Assembly (NCBI GenBank): GCA_963734995.1
Contig: CAVTJD010000004.1
Coordinates: 23,910 to 87,909 of the forward strand
DNA length: 64,000 bases
Direction: 5' to 3'
From: an uncultured Chloroflexia bacterium
GTDB lineage: Bacteria > Chloroflexota > Limnocylindria > Limnocylindrales > CSP1-4
This document shows, in pieces, positions 1 through 10,269 of the stretch. Under the pieces are notes generated by a model, which was not told the DNA's origin, did no database searches, and saw nothing but the letters and a program-made list of their open reading frames with translations. Every line of letters starts with the position of its first letter. Position 1 is the stretch's first letter. Made by a program: the position numbers and the translations under genes.

Positions 1-15
1 CCGCCAGACCACCGC

Positions 16-864
16 GTGAGCGCCGCTCGCTCCAGCTCCGGCACCCCTCGCTGTTTCGGTGTGCCCGGGGCTCGCCGTACGCGTGCCGTGGCGAGCGAGC
101 AGGAGGCGGTCGTCGTCCTGTCTGGTGGCGAGCTCCGATACGTGCTTCGCCGCTCGCCCCGTGCCCGACACCTGCGCGCCGTCGTGCATCCGGACCGGGG
201 CCTGGTCGTCACGCTTCCGGCCGCGTCGCGGCGGGGTCCGGACGCGGGCCGGTCGATGGTGGATTCGTTCCTGGCCGAGCGCGAGCCGTGGATCCGCCGG
301 CACCTCGACCGCCAGGCCGTGACCCGGGCGCGCCTCGCCGGCCGGCCGTCACTCGACGCAGGTCGCCGGATCCTGTTCCTCGGCACGCTGCACCGCGTCC
401 GCGTCACGCCGGCCCCTTCGCGCCTGCGCAGCACTCGGGTCTCGCGCGTCGGCGCCGACGACGGCGACGAGCTGCTCGTTGAGCGGGTAACCAGGGACAG
501 GCGGACGACGGGGGCGATCCTCGAGGCATGGTTTCGGGCGAGGGCGCGAGCGGCGATCGCGAGCGCGTTGGAACGCCACGGTCCAGGTCTCGATGTGGCC
601 CCCGCTCGGGTCGTGATCCGTGACACGAGCAGCCGGTGGGGTAGCTGCTCGCGCACGGGGACCTTGTCGTTCAGCTGGCGACTGATCCTCGCCCCGCCGG
701 AGGCGCTGGAATCGGTCGCCGCCCACGAGCTATGCCACCTGCGGGTGTTCGGGCACGGCCGCGCGTTCCAGGACCTCCTGGCATCGCACGCGCCCGATCA
801 TGCGGTCTGGCGCCGGTGGCTGCGCCACCATGCGCCCGAGCTCCACGCTGCGCTCGACGGGTAG
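16..864 (+). CDS. YgjP-like (DUF45/M48-family) zinc metallohydrolase; possibly 5'-partial at window edge
   Basis: HEXXH motif AAHELCHLRVFGHGRAF near C-terminus typical of the YgjP/SprT-like family; ORF begins 15 nt from window start. Confidence 0.55.
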   Translation: MSAARSSSGTPRCFGVPGARRTRAVASEQEAVVVLSGGELRYVLRRSPRARHLRAVVHPDRGLVVTLPAASRRGPDAGRSMVDSFLAEREPWIRRHLDRQAVTRARLAGRPSLDAGRRILFLGTLHRVRVTPAPSRLRSTRVSRVGADDGDELLVERVTRDRRTTGAILEAWFRARARAAIASALERHGPGLDVAPARVVIRDTSSRWGSCSRTGTLSFSWRLILAPPEALESVAAHELCHLRVFGHGRAFQDLLASHAPDHAVWRRWLRHHAPELHAALDG

Positions 865-918
865 CTGTGGCGGGCGGCCGGGCGATCGGCCTCCCCTGGC
901 GGACGCGGCGTTGCGCAT

Positions 919-2340
919 ATGATCCCACCCGTGGATGCACCGCCCGCGTTCGATCCCGATCCAGCCGGATTTGCCCGGCACTTTCCGCCGGACTTCGCCT
1001 GGGGTTTCGCCGCGTCCGCCTACCAGATCGAGGGAGCGGCAGCCGAGGACGGCCGGGGCCTGTCGATCTGGGACACCTTTGCCCGCCGGCCGGGCGCGAT
1101 CGCCGACGGCGCCACCGGCGACGTCGCCTGCGACCATTACCACCGCTACCCGGAGGACGTCCGGCTGATGGCCGACCTGGGGGCTCGCGCCTATCGCTTC
1201 AGCGTCAGCTGGTCGCGGGTGCTGCCCGTGGGGACGGGCGCCGGCAACGAGCCCGGCCTCGACTTCTACGACCGCCTCGTCGATGCCCTGCTCGGTGCGG
1301 GTGTCCAGCCGCTGGTCAACCTGTTCCACTGGGACCTGCCGCAGGCGCTCCAGGATCGCGGCGGGTTCGCCAATCCGCAGGTCGTGGACTGGTTCGCTGA
1401 CTACTCGTCGCTGCTCGCGTCGAGATTGGGCGACCGCGTCAAGGACTGGATGACGTTCAACGAGCCAGCGGTGTTCGCGTTCCTCGGCCACGCGGATGGC
1501 ATTCATGCACCTGGGTTGCGTGACTGGCCGACGGCGATGCGGGTGGCCGACAACGAGCTGCGCGCCCATGTGGCTGCCACCCAGGCGATCCGCGCCCGGA
1601 TCCGCGACGCGAAGATCGGCGTCGCGATCGACGTCAACCAGGTCTCGCCCGCGACTGGCTCCGAGCGCGACCGGATCGCCGCCGGCAGCTGGAGCTCCGC
1701 CCGCGACGCGTGGTTTCTCGATCCGCTGTTCGGCCGTGGCTACCCGGCGCAGGGACTCGACGCTCACCGCGCAGCGGGCCACCTCGATGGCGTCGACCTC
1801 GCCGACCCGCCGGCCGGTGACCTCGATTACATCGGCCTGAACTACTACCGGCGCGACTCGGTCAGCGCCAGGTCTGATCGGGCCTTCGACTGGGAGATCG
1901 GCCCGGCGGCGGGCTCGGAGCGGACGCAGATGGACTGGCACATCGCGCCCGACGGTCTGCACGATGCCCTGGTCGACCTCAACCGAACGTATGCGCCGCC
2001 CGAGATCGTCGTCACCGAGAACGGTGCGGCCTACCCGGATCGCGTGGACCCGGACGGACGGGTGCGCGACGGGGACCGGATCAGCTACCTGGCGCGCCAC
2101 GTCGCCGCGGCCGCGGACGCCCTTCGCGCCGGCGTGCCGCTGACGGGGTACTTCGTCTGGTCGCTGCTCGACAACTACGAGTGGAGCTTTGGCTACACGC
2201 GCCGGTTCGGCCTGGTCCACGTCGACTACGGCAGCCAGCGCCGCACCCCGAAGGACAGCGCGAGCTGGTATCAGCGACTCGTTGGCCGAGGGCTAGGGCG
2301 CCCGCGCTCGTCCGGTCAGGCGGATGCCGCGAGGCCGTGA
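919..2340 (+). CDS. GH1 family beta-glucosidase
   Basis: N-terminal GH1 signature FAWGFAASAYQIEGA; nucleophile motif VVTENGAAY; NEP acid/base region; 473 aa. Confidence 0.9.
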   Translation: MIPPVDAPPAFDPDPAGFARHFPPDFAWGFAASAYQIEGAAAEDGRGLSIWDTFARRPGAIADGATGDVACDHYHRYPEDVRLMADLGARAYRFSVSWSRVLPVGTGAGNEPGLDFYDRLVDALLGAGVQPLVNLFHWDLPQALQDRGGFANPQVVDWFADYSSLLASRLGDRVKDWMTFNEPAVFAFLGHADGIHAPGLRDWPTAMRVADNELRAHVAATQAIRARIRDAKIGVAIDVNQVSPATGSERDRIAAGSWSSARDAWFLDPLFGRGYPAQGLDAHRAAGHLDGVDLADPPAGDLDYIGLNYYRRDSVSARSDRAFDWEIGPAAGSERTQMDWHIAPDGLHDALVDLNRTYAPPEIVVTENGAAYPDRVDPDGRVRDGDRISYLARHVAAAADALRAGVPLTGYFVWSLLDNYEWSFGYTRRFGLVHVDYGSQRRTPKDSASWYQRLVGRGLGRPRSSGQADAARP

Positions 2341-2623
2341 CCTCGGGGGTGGAGCCCGGCGATCTCGACGGGCAGCCGGCCCGACGAACGGCGCCTCGCC
2401 GACCAGCGCGGCGGCCAGGGCCTCCATCGATGGCGGCAGGATGCTGTAGCTGCAGACGTGGGTTCGGGCCGATGGGTACGCCAGCAGGTCCCACGGCGTA
2501 CGCAGCGCCAGGGTGACGGTCGGCGGGCCGGATGCGAGGGCCGCTGCAGCCAGCTGCGCCTGCCCCGGCTGGAGGTGGGCAGAGAGCGTCCCGACCACGA
2601 CGAGGTCGAACGTCGAGAGCCGC

Positions 2624-3898
2624 TCACCGAGCCCCGCGATCGCCTCCGCGTCCGGTGTCGCCGGCAGCAGGATCTCCTCGACGCCCGGGAGCCGGCGACG
2701 GAGCGCCGATGCGAGCGTCGGGCGCACCGACGACGACGTGTCGGCCGGTGTCAGGTCGGCGGGCAGCGACTGGACGACCGCGATCCGCGCGCTCGCGGCG
2801 GGCTTCAAGCGGCAGCAGCCCCTCGTCGTTGCGAACGAGGGTGATCGAACGCCGGGCGAGCTCCGCGGCAAGCGCCTGATGCTCGTCGCAGCCGACGATG
2901 TCGAGTGGCGGCTGATCGCGCTGGCCCACCCATTGCCGCAGCCCGCGCAGCCGGTGCCTCGCCGCTGCGTCATCGCCGGCATCGAACAGGCCTCGCCGCT
3001 GCGCCTGTGCGAGGCCCTCCTCCAGCCGTTCCAGCGCAGATTCGTCGGCCGTGCCCAGCAGCACGTCCTCGCCGGCACGCAGGGCGGCGATCGCATCGAC
3101 GATCTGCGCCGATCCCTGGGCCAGGGCGCGCATGTCCAGGGCATCGGTGATCGTGACGCCGTCGAACCCGAGCTGCCCGCGCAGCAGGTCGCGCAGCACT
3201 GCGGCGGACAGGCTGGTCGGCAGCTCGTCGCGCTGTCCGGCGAGCGCGAAATGGCCCGTCATGACCATCCGCACCCCCGCCCTCAGCGCCGCTCGGAACG
3301 GGACCAGCTCCCGCTCGGCCAGCTGCGTGCTCGTGCGGCGCACCAGGGGCAGCTCGTGATGCGGATCCGCCGCCGTGTCACCCGCGCCCGGAAAGTGCTT
3401 GGCCGTCGCCGCCACGCCCTCGTCCTGCAGGCCGCGGACGGTCGCCGCCGCGAGCCTCCCGACCATCTCGGGATCGTCGCCGAAGCTGCGGATGCCGAGC
3501 GCCGGATTGGCCGGATCGCTGGCCACGTCGCACACTGGCGCGTAGTCCACGTTGACGCCCAGGGCACGCAGCTCGCGCGCCATCGCGCCGGCGACGCGCT
3601 CGGCCAGGGCCTCGTCATCGGTCGCGCCGAGCGCCATCGCACCGGCGAACTGCGTCGTCCGCTCGCCCAGGCCGATCAGCTGGCCGCCCTCCTGGTCGGC
3701 GGCAATCAGCAGCGGCGGCTCGCCGGCCGGCCGCGCCCGCTGGATCGCCGATGTCAGCTCGCGCAGCTGCGGAGGATCGACGAGGTTGTGAGCGGGGAAC
3801 AGCGTCACCCCGGCCACGCCCTGCTCACGGATCCGCCTCGCCGCCGATTCCGGCAGCTCGGTGCCGACGAAGGCGACCATGAGTCGCGCCAGCGTCAT
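2624..3898 (-). CDS. GH3 family hydrolase (NagZ-like beta-N-acetylhexosaminidase/beta-glucosidase), catalytic domain; C-terminal domain appears to continue in another frame (2293..~2720)
   Basis: GH3 motifs AADQEGG, KHFPGAGDTAADPHHELP; ORF tail after ITLVRNDEGLLPL is low-complexity while overlapping ORF 2293..3144 encodes a GH3-like C-terminal domain (LVVVGTLSAHLQPGQAQL...PTVTLALRTPWDLLAYP). Confidence 0.75.
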   Translation of the reverse strand: MTLARLMVAFVGTELPESAARRIREQGVAGVTLFPAHNLVDPPQLRELTSAIQRARPAGEPPLLIAADQEGGQLIGLGERTTQFAGAMALGATDDEALAERVAGAMARELRALGVNVDYAPVCDVASDPANPALGIRSFGDDPEMVGRLAAATVRGLQDEGVAATAKHFPGAGDTAADPHHELPLVRRTSTQLAERELVPFRAALRAGVRMVMTGHFALAGQRDELPTSLSAAVLRDLLRGQLGFDGVTITDALDMRALAQGSAQIVDAIAALRAGEDVLLGTADESALERLEEGLAQAQRRGLFDAGDDAAARHRLRGLRQWVGQRDQPPLDIVGCDEHQALAAELARRSITLVRNDEGLLPLEARRERADRGRPVAARRPDTGRHVVVGAPDARIGAPSPAPGRRGDPAAGDTGRGGDRGAR

Positions 3899-3972
3899 GT
3901 CTTCACCCGCCTGGCGTCATGCCTCCACGGAGCCTGCCATCAACGTCCGCTCCGAGCCCGGCCCGCCTGGCC

Positions 3973-4875
3973 TCACGCCTTCACGGAGCCTGCCAGGATC
4001 CCCCGCACGAATGCTCGCTGGAGCAGCAGGAACACCGCCAAGGGCATGGCCATGGTGACGAACGCGCCGGCCGTCAGGAGCTGCCACTGGCCACCGCGAC
4101 TGCCGAGCAGGGCGTACAGCGCGGTGGGCATCACCCGCAGGTCCGTGGACACGCCCAGGAATGTCAGCGCCACGAGCAGATCGTTCCAGACCCACAGGAA
4201 CTGGAAGATCGCAAAGGCACCCAGCGCCGGGATCGTCAGCGGCAGCACGAGCCGGATGAACATCTGCAGGTGCGATGCCCCGTCGATGGCGGCCGATTCG
4301 AACAGGTCGCGCGGCAGCTGCGAGATGAAGTTGTAGAGCAGGAAGATTGCCAGCGGCAGACCAAAGCCCGTGTGGGCCAGCCAGATCCCGATGAACGTGC
4401 CGTACAGCGATGCGCCGCTGTAGAGCTTGAGGATCGGGATCAGCGACATCTGGATGGGCACCACGAGCAGCCCCACCACGATCGTGAACAGGATGCCGCG
4501 GCCACGGAACGGGATCCACGCGAACGCGTATGCGGCAAACGCCGCGATCGTGATCGGGATCGCGGTCGCCGGGATGGTGACGATCAGGCTGTTGAGGAAC
4601 GCATCCCCCATGCCACCGCTGGCGATGACCTGCTGATAGTTCGCCAGGGTCCACTGGTCGGCTGCGAACGGGTTGAACAGCGATGTCCACCACCCGGAAT
4701 GGCTGACCAGCTCCGGGTTGCGCACCGATGTCACGAGCAGACCGATGGTGGGCAGCGTCCACAGGAAGCAGATCAGGAGGACGGCCAGTCGAACCGGCAG
4801 GCTGCGCAGGAGCTGCGGCCGCCATGCCGAAACACGCGTTCCTTGCCTTGTCGCGGACTGGGCCGACGCGGTCAT
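3973..4875 (-). CDS. carbohydrate ABC transporter permease (MalG-type)
   Basis: 6 TM-like hydrophobic segments; EAA loop ESAAIDGASHLQMFIRLVLPL. Confidence 0.85.
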   Translation of the reverse strand: MTASAQSATRQGTRVSAWRPQLLRSLPVRLAVLLICFLWTLPTIGLLVTSVRNPELVSHSGWWTSLFNPFAADQWTLANYQQVIASGGMGDAFLNSLIVTIPATAIPITIAAFAAYAFAWIPFRGRGILFTIVVGLLVVPIQMSLIPILKLYSGASLYGTFIGIWLAHTGFGLPLAIFLLYNFISQLPRDLFESAAIDGASHLQMFIRLVLPLTIPALGAFAIFQFLWVWNDLLVALTFLGVSTDLRVMPTALYALLGSRGGQWQLLTAGAFVTMAMPLAVFLLLQRAFVRGILAGSVKA

Positions 4876-6038
4876 GCTTCCCTCTGCTGGCGGCGGAAGT
4901 TGTGCAGGTTCAGGTACATCACGGGCAGCACGGCGACGAACAGCAGCGTGGCCATCGCCGCGGCCCGGCCGTCGTTGAAGAACTGGAACATCTCGTGGAA
5001 CATCCGATTGGCCACCACGTCATCGTGGAAGCGGCCGCCGGTCGTCGCGAAGATGATGTCGAAGATCTTGAGCGTGATGATGGCGATGGTCGTGGTCACC
5101 GTGACGATGGAGCCGCGGATGGATGGCACGATGATCTTGAAGAACAGCTGTCGCTCGCTGGCGCCGTCGAGTCGAGCGGCTTCGATGATCTCGGTCGAGA
5201 CGCCTTTGATCGCCGCCGAGAGGACGACCATCGCGAAGCCCGTCTGAAGCCAGATCATGATCACGATCTCGGCGGGGATGTTGAGCGGGCTGGTCGTGAA
5301 GAACGGGACCGGCTGCCCGCCCAGGCCCACGATGATCGCGTTCAGGAGCCCGATCTGCGGTTGCTGGGCCGGCACCCAGGCGTACATGAACCCCCAGATC
5401 ACGGATGCGCCGATGAGCGAGATCGCCAGCGGCAGGAACACGAGCGTCTTGGCCAGCGCCTCGCGCCTGACCCGGTCGAACAACCCGGCGATGACGAGAC
5501 CGAGGCCCACGCTGCCGCCGGTCGCCACGATCAGCCAGATAAGGTTGTTGCGCAGGATCTCGATGAAGTCGGGCTTGGTCATCGCGTTGTAGTTGTCGAG
5601 CGTGAGCGCACCATGGTTGTCGAAGAAGCTGCGTGCGACGGTCGCCACGCCCGGATACAGCAGGTACACGGTCAGCAGGATCAACGCGGGGCCGACGAAC
5701 ACCCACGGCAGGATCCGGTCGCGCCACTCCGGCCGCAGCCTGCTGACCAGTGACGCCACGCCGACGAACAGCAGCCAGATGCCACCCACCCCGACCGCGA
5801 TGGCGATGATCGCGAGGATGATCTTGGCGATCGCCTGGTCACCCTGGCCGTTGCGCAGCTCGGTCGCGCCGGTGGAGTTGCCCAGCGCGTCGTAGATCCA
5901 CGCCAGCAGGTTCTGCCCACCGTGGGGGTCGAGCAGAATGACGAGCCCGATGATGGACAGTGCCACGCCAACGAGGCCGGCGACGGGCAGAACGTATCGA
6001 CGCAGCCCGGGTTCCGTGGTGCCCTCAGCGACGGTCAT
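4872..6038 (-). CDS. carbohydrate ABC transporter permease (MalF-type)
   Basis: EAA loop EAARLDGASERQLFFKIIVPSIRG; 4-nt overlap with downstream permease. Confidence 0.85.
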   Translation of the reverse strand: MTVAEGTTEPGLRRYVLPVAGLVGVALSIIGLVILLDPHGGQNLLAWIYDALGNSTGATELRNGQGDQAIAKIILAIIAIAVGVGGIWLLFVGVASLVSRLRPEWRDRILPWVFVGPALILLTVYLLYPGVATVARSFFDNHGALTLDNYNAMTKPDFIEILRNNLIWLIVATGGSVGLGLVIAGLFDRVRREALAKTLVFLPLAISLIGASVIWGFMYAWVPAQQPQIGLLNAIIVGLGGQPVPFFTTSPLNIPAEIVIMIWLQTGFAMVVLSAAIKGVSTEIIEAARLDGASERQLFFKIIVPSIRGSIVTVTTTIAIITLKIFDIIFATTGGRFHDDVVANRMFHEMFQFFNDGRAAAMATLLFVAVLPVMYLNLHNFRRQQREA

Positions 6039-6144
6039 CGACCCTCCTCCCTAACCATAGTAACGGGGCGCGCCACCCTTGGTGAGTGGGCGCGCCCCGC
6101 ACATTCCAGGCTGTCACCGGCTGAGCCGGCGCCAGCCTAGGAGG

Positions 6145-7641
6145 TCACTGGCTGGGCCAGCTCTCGTCGATGGCCTTCAGGACGGCATCCGTGTTGGTGC
6201 CGTTGTTGTTCACCCAATCAACGCTCTGGGTCCAGAACGTGCCGGCACCGACGGCACCGGGCATGAGGTCCGAAGCATCGAAGCCGATGCCCGCGGCCTT
6301 GTTGACGATGTCCGACGCGACCTGCAGCTTGTACGAGCCGGCGTACCAGTCGGCCGGCGTCGACGTGTTGGTGGAGATCGCGCTGCCGGCGAGGATCCAG
6401 TTCTGGAGACCCTGCGGCGTGGCCAGGAACTCAGCCACCGCCCGGACCTCCGGTCGGTCGTTGAGCATCATCATCGTGTCGGCGGAGCCTTCAACGTTCT
6501 GCTGGTTGGGATCGATGGTCGGGAACGCGAAGATGCCCACGTCCTGGCCGACGATGTACTTCGACGGCTGCCCCGAATCACGCTGATCCGGGAAGAAGTC
6601 CGGGCCGTACCAGGTCGGGACCTTCTGCATCCAGCAGTTCGGCGCCTGCAGGTCCTGGTTGAACATGGGATCCATGGTGGTCTTCTGGTCGGTGTTGATG
6701 ATCGCCTGGGGACCGCCATAGACGTAGCTGTCGGTGAAGAAGATCTTGCCCACGTAGTCGTCGAAGGCGGCCTTGATGCCCGGATCCTCGAACTTGACCG
6801 TGTGGTTGATCCAGTTGTTGTAGTAGTCGAGGCCCTTCGTCTTGAGGACGACCTCCTCGATCCAGTCGGTGATCTGCCAGCCCGTCGCGTCGCCGGGGCC
6901 GCCGGCGCTGATGCACCACGGGTTGCTGCCGTCCGCCACGATCTGGTCGGACAGCTTGATCAGGTCATCCCATGTCGTCGGCACCTGGTAGCCCTTGGCC
7001 TCGAAGGCCTTGATCGGATACCAGATGGTCGACTTGACGTCGGCCTTGTAGGGGATGCCCCAGATCTTGCCGTCCTGCGACACCAGGCCGATGGTCGCGG
7101 GATGCTCGCTGGTCAGCTTGTTGGCGTCCATGAACGAGGCCAGGTCGATCACCTTGCCCTCGGCCGCATAGGCCAGGACCGGCGTCGGCTGCGCAAGCTG
7201 CGCAAGGTCCGGCGGGGAGCCGCCTTCGATCCGGCTCTTGAGCACCGTCTCGTGGCTCGAGGGAACGCTGTCGACCTGGATGTTGATGCCCGAGGCCTTG
7301 GCGTAGTCAGCCACCGAGGCCTGGAAGTTGGCGAGCTCGCCGCCCGTCCACTGCACCTGGATGTCGACCGTCTTGCCGGCCATCGGCTGGTCGGAACCCA
7401 GCGACTGGTCGAGCTCCGTGTAGCCGGTCGGGACGGTCGGCACGGCGGGCCCGAACGCCGGTGCGCTCGGCGCGGCCGACTCAGGCGCCATCGACTCCGA
7501 CGGCGCGGCCGACTCAGGCGCCATCGACTCCGTCGGGGCCGCCGTGGCGGCCGGTGACGGTGTGGCGCTGTTGCCGCATGCGCCGGCCAGCAACATGACC
7601 GCGAACGCAAATGCGGACGTTGTACGTAGGTGATTGGCCAC
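6145..7641 (-). CDS. extracellular sugar-binding lipoprotein of ABC transporter
   Basis: Lipoprotein signal peptide MANHLRTTSAFAFAVMLLAGAC; family-1 solute-binding protein fold; GTG start with strong SD (GGAGGAGGA) upstream. Confidence 0.85.
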   Translation of the reverse strand: MANHLRTTSAFAFAVMLLAGACGNSATPSPAATAAPTESMAPESAAPSESMAPESAAPSAPAFGPAVPTVPTGYTELDQSLGSDQPMAGKTVDIQVQWTGGELANFQASVADYAKASGINIQVDSVPSSHETVLKSRIEGGSPPDLAQLAQPTPVLAYAAEGKVIDLASFMDANKLTSEHPATIGLVSQDGKIWGIPYKADVKSTIWYPIKAFEAKGYQVPTTWDDLIKLSDQIVADGSNPWCISAGGPGDATGWQITDWIEEVVLKTKGLDYYNNWINHTVKFEDPGIKAAFDDYVGKIFFTDSYVYGGPQAIINTDQKTTMDPMFNQDLQAPNCWMQKVPTWYGPDFFPDQRDSGQPSKYIVGQDVGIFAFPTIDPNQQNVEGSADTMMMLNDRPEVRAVAEFLATPQGLQNWILAGSAISTNTSTPADWYAGSYKLQVASDIVNKAAGIGFDASDLMPGAVGAGTFWTQSVDWVNNNGTNTDAVLKAIDESWPSQ

Positions 7642-7736
7642 GAATTCCTCCTCCGAACTGCGATGATTCTGGGTGACGTGCGGTCGTCCAGGATCAGGCT
7701 GATTATCCGCACGCCACCAAATAACGACGTTGTGGG

Positions 7737-8738
7737 TTATCGCTCGGCCACCCCCTCTCGTTCAAGCAGGCCGATGTTACGGCGAGCGATCGCGGCCGCC
7801 CCGCGCGCACCGGGCGCCTCGGTCGGCGGCAGCAGCTCGACCGACGTATCGCCCAGGGCGGCCGTCACCAGGGGCGAGGCCGCACGTTCGCGGACGATGC
7901 GCGATCGGATGGGTTCGAGCAGGGCAGGCCCGGCGGCCGCGACGCCGCCGCCGATCACGACCCGCCGTACACCGAGGGTCAGAGCGAGCGATCGGATGGC
8001 TCGGGTCAGGTGGTCGGCCACTCGGCCGACGATCTCCGCCGCGACCTCGTCACCGGCAGCGCTGGCACGGAACACGTCGGCAGCGCTCGATTGCGGCGCC
8101 AGGACGGACGTGCGACCGGCCGCGATCGCCTCGTCGGCCTGGCGACCGATCGCCGGACCGGCGGCGATGGTCTCGAGGCAACCGCGCAGACCGCACGCAC
8201 AGACGACCCCACCCGGATCGGCGACGACGTGGCCCACCTCACCCGCGAGGCGGTTGTCGCCGCGGAGGATCGCTCCGTCGAGAACCACGCCGGCCGAGAT
8301 GCCGGTCCCGATCGCAAGGAAGGCCACGCTTGCCGGCGCCCGGGCCGATCCCCCGGCCGACTGATCGCTCAGCCACAGTGCCGCCGCGCGGGCGTCATGC
8401 TCGACGAAGACCGGCACCCCGAGCTCGGCCTGCAGCATGGGTCCCAGGGGCAGGTGGGTGATGCCCAGGTTCACGGCCAGGCTCACGGAGCCGCCCTCCG
8501 GGTCGACGTGACCGGGGATGGCGACACCCACCGCGGCCACGTTCCGCTCCAGCTGTCGCTTGCCGTCATCGACGAGCCCGGCGATCTGGCCGACGATCGA
8601 TGACCGGTCCGTGGGCGCAACATGCGCATACAGGACCCGGTCCCGGGCGTCCGTGATGACGACCGATGTCTTGGTGCCGCCGACGTCGACGCCGGCGATC
8701 AGCGAATCCGCGAGCCCGGGCTCACGCGCCGCGATCAT
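7737..8738 (-). CDS. ROK family sugar kinase (glucokinase/N-acetylglucosamine kinase-like)
   Basis: VDVGGTKTSVV N-terminal motif; ROK zinc motif CACGLRGCLE; start chosen at MIAAREPGL because upstream in-frame extension is Arg/Gly low-complexity; ATGA overlap with upstream regulator stop. Confidence 0.8.
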   Translation of the reverse strand: MIAAREPGLADSLIAGVDVGGTKTSVVITDARDRVLYAHVAPTDRSSIVGQIAGLVDDGKRQLERNVAAVGVAIPGHVDPEGGSVSLAVNLGITHLPLGPMLQAELGVPVFVEHDARAAALWLSDQSAGGSARAPASVAFLAIGTGISAGVVLDGAILRGDNRLAGEVGHVVADPGGVVCACGLRGCLETIAAGPAIGRQADEAIAAGRTSVLAPQSSAADVFRASAAGDEVAAEIVGRVADHLTRAIRSLALTLGVRRVVIGGGVAAAGPALLEPIRSRIVRERAASPLVTAALGDTSVELLPPTEAPGARGAAAIARRNIGLLEREGVAER

Positions 8739-9913
8739 CGAACGAGCCCCAGACCCAGCTGCTGCTCCATGAGCAGCGCCGACGCACCCAGCACGACGAC
8801 GTTGTCGTGCGCGCGACCGAACTCGATCTGCGTGTCTCGTGCGAGCAGTCCCAGGACGCTCGAGCGTGCCGACTGCCTGACCTCCCCCAGCCAGTCGTCG
8901 CCAAACGCCGCCACGGGCCCGACCAGCAGCACGTGCCGGACGTTGAGGACGCCGATCAGCCAGCCGACCGCGACGCCGAGCGTGCGTGCGGCCTCGAGAA
9001 CGATCTGCCGGATGCCCGTGGTGCCGGCCAGGAAGGCGGCCACGAGGCCGTCCTCGTCGGCGATCGAGGGCTCGATGGCGTTGGCGGCGTCGACCAGCGC
9101 GCGCATGCCGGTCACGGTCTCGAGGCAGCCCTCCCGCCCGCAGCGACAGGGCGTCCCGGTGCCGCCCACCGAGACGTGCCCGAACTCGCCGGCGCCATGC
9201 CCGTCGCCCTGGAACAGCTGGCCGTTGAGAATGATGCCGGCGCCCACGCCGCGACCCACCTTGATCACGATCAGGTTTGTGGGCCGAGGGCGCCGGAAGA
9301 AGGTCAGCTCGGCGAGGGCGGCAGCGTGACTGTCGTTGGCGACCACGACCGGCACGCCGTAACGCTGCTCGAGAAGCGGCCCGAGGCGGAGCTCGGCCCA
9401 GTCGAGGTTGACCGACCAACGGACCGTCCCCGTGCTCGTGTCGATCACGCCGGGCACGCCGACGCCGACGCCGAGCAGGGGAGACGAGTCGTCGGCACGC
9501 AGAGCGTCGACCAGCTGATAGACGAGCTCGAGGGTGGCCTCGCCACCCCGTCCCTCGAGGGGCAGGCTGATCGAGCGGAGGATCTCGCCCCGCAGGTTGA
9601 CGACGCCGGCCCGAAACTGCGCTTCGCCCAGGTCGAGCCCGATCAGATGACGGCCGTCGGGATCGACCCGCAGCATGATGGGTGACTTGCCGCCGCTCGA
9701 TCGACCTCGTCCGAGCTCTTCGATCAGGCCGTCGTCGATGAGCGCACCGACGAGGTCGCCTACGGAGGTACGCGTCAGGCCGGTGAGCCGGGCAAGATCG
9801 GCGCGCGAGAGCGGGCTGCGATCATGGAGCGCGCGCAGCACCAGCCGCTGATTGAACGTTCGCGTCTGCTGGTGCGTTGCCTTCTCGGGCAGCACGGGCG
9901 CGCTGGCGCTCAT
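8735..9913 (-). CDS. ROK family transcriptional regulator (NagC/Mlc/XylR-type)
   Basis: N-terminal HTH (LSRADLARLTGLTRTSVGDLVGAL) plus ROK domain with CRCGREGCLE; start ambiguous (ATG at 9913 preferred over TTG at 9991). Confidence 0.8.
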   Translation of the reverse strand: MSASAPVLPEKATHQQTRTFNQRLVLRALHDRSPLSRADLARLTGLTRTSVGDLVGALIDDGLIEELGRGRSSGGKSPIMLRVDPDGRHLIGLDLGEAQFRAGVVNLRGEILRSISLPLEGRGGEATLELVYQLVDALRADDSSPLLGVGVGVPGVIDTSTGTVRWSVNLDWAELRLGPLLEQRYGVPVVVANDSHAAALAELTFFRRPRPTNLIVIKVGRGVGAGIILNGQLFQGDGHGAGEFGHVSVGGTGTPCRCGREGCLETVTGMRALVDAANAIEPSIADEDGLVAAFLAGTTGIRQIVLEAARTLGVAVGWLIGVLNVRHVLLVGPVAAFGDDWLGEVRQSARSSVLGLLARDTQIEFGRAHDNVVVLGASALLMEQQLGLGLVR

Positions 9914-10269
9914 CCGTTCGGGCACTCCTCCGGTCACAACGACCCTTCCCCTTGCCGAACGGGCTTTGGCAAGAGACTTGACAAAGTCCAATGCTGCATC
10001 GGTCGTCGGCCGCTGTCAAGTCGGTGGACAAAGGGTGCGCCACCGCCCGGAGGCGCCTGCAGGGCCGCTGCCAGGTGCGGCGAGGCGCGGTCGCTCATGC
10101 CGCGGGTCAACGCCCTGGACGGTTTTCGGGCGATCAGCCGCTTGTCTGACCCGCAGGGGACCATTGGCAGTCTTCGATTGCCCGGCACCGAGGGCACAAT
10201 CCGGCTCGTACGCGCGTCATATGGGTGCCTCGACGGCAGGGCCGTCACAACCATCGTGTCTGGGGTCCC

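Noticed and set aside
2293-3144. Independent 283-aa gene overlapping the GH3 ORF
   Set aside because: Only its distal third looks protein-like, and that part resembles a GH3 C-terminal domain. Reinterpreted as the frameshifted continuation of the GH3 gene.
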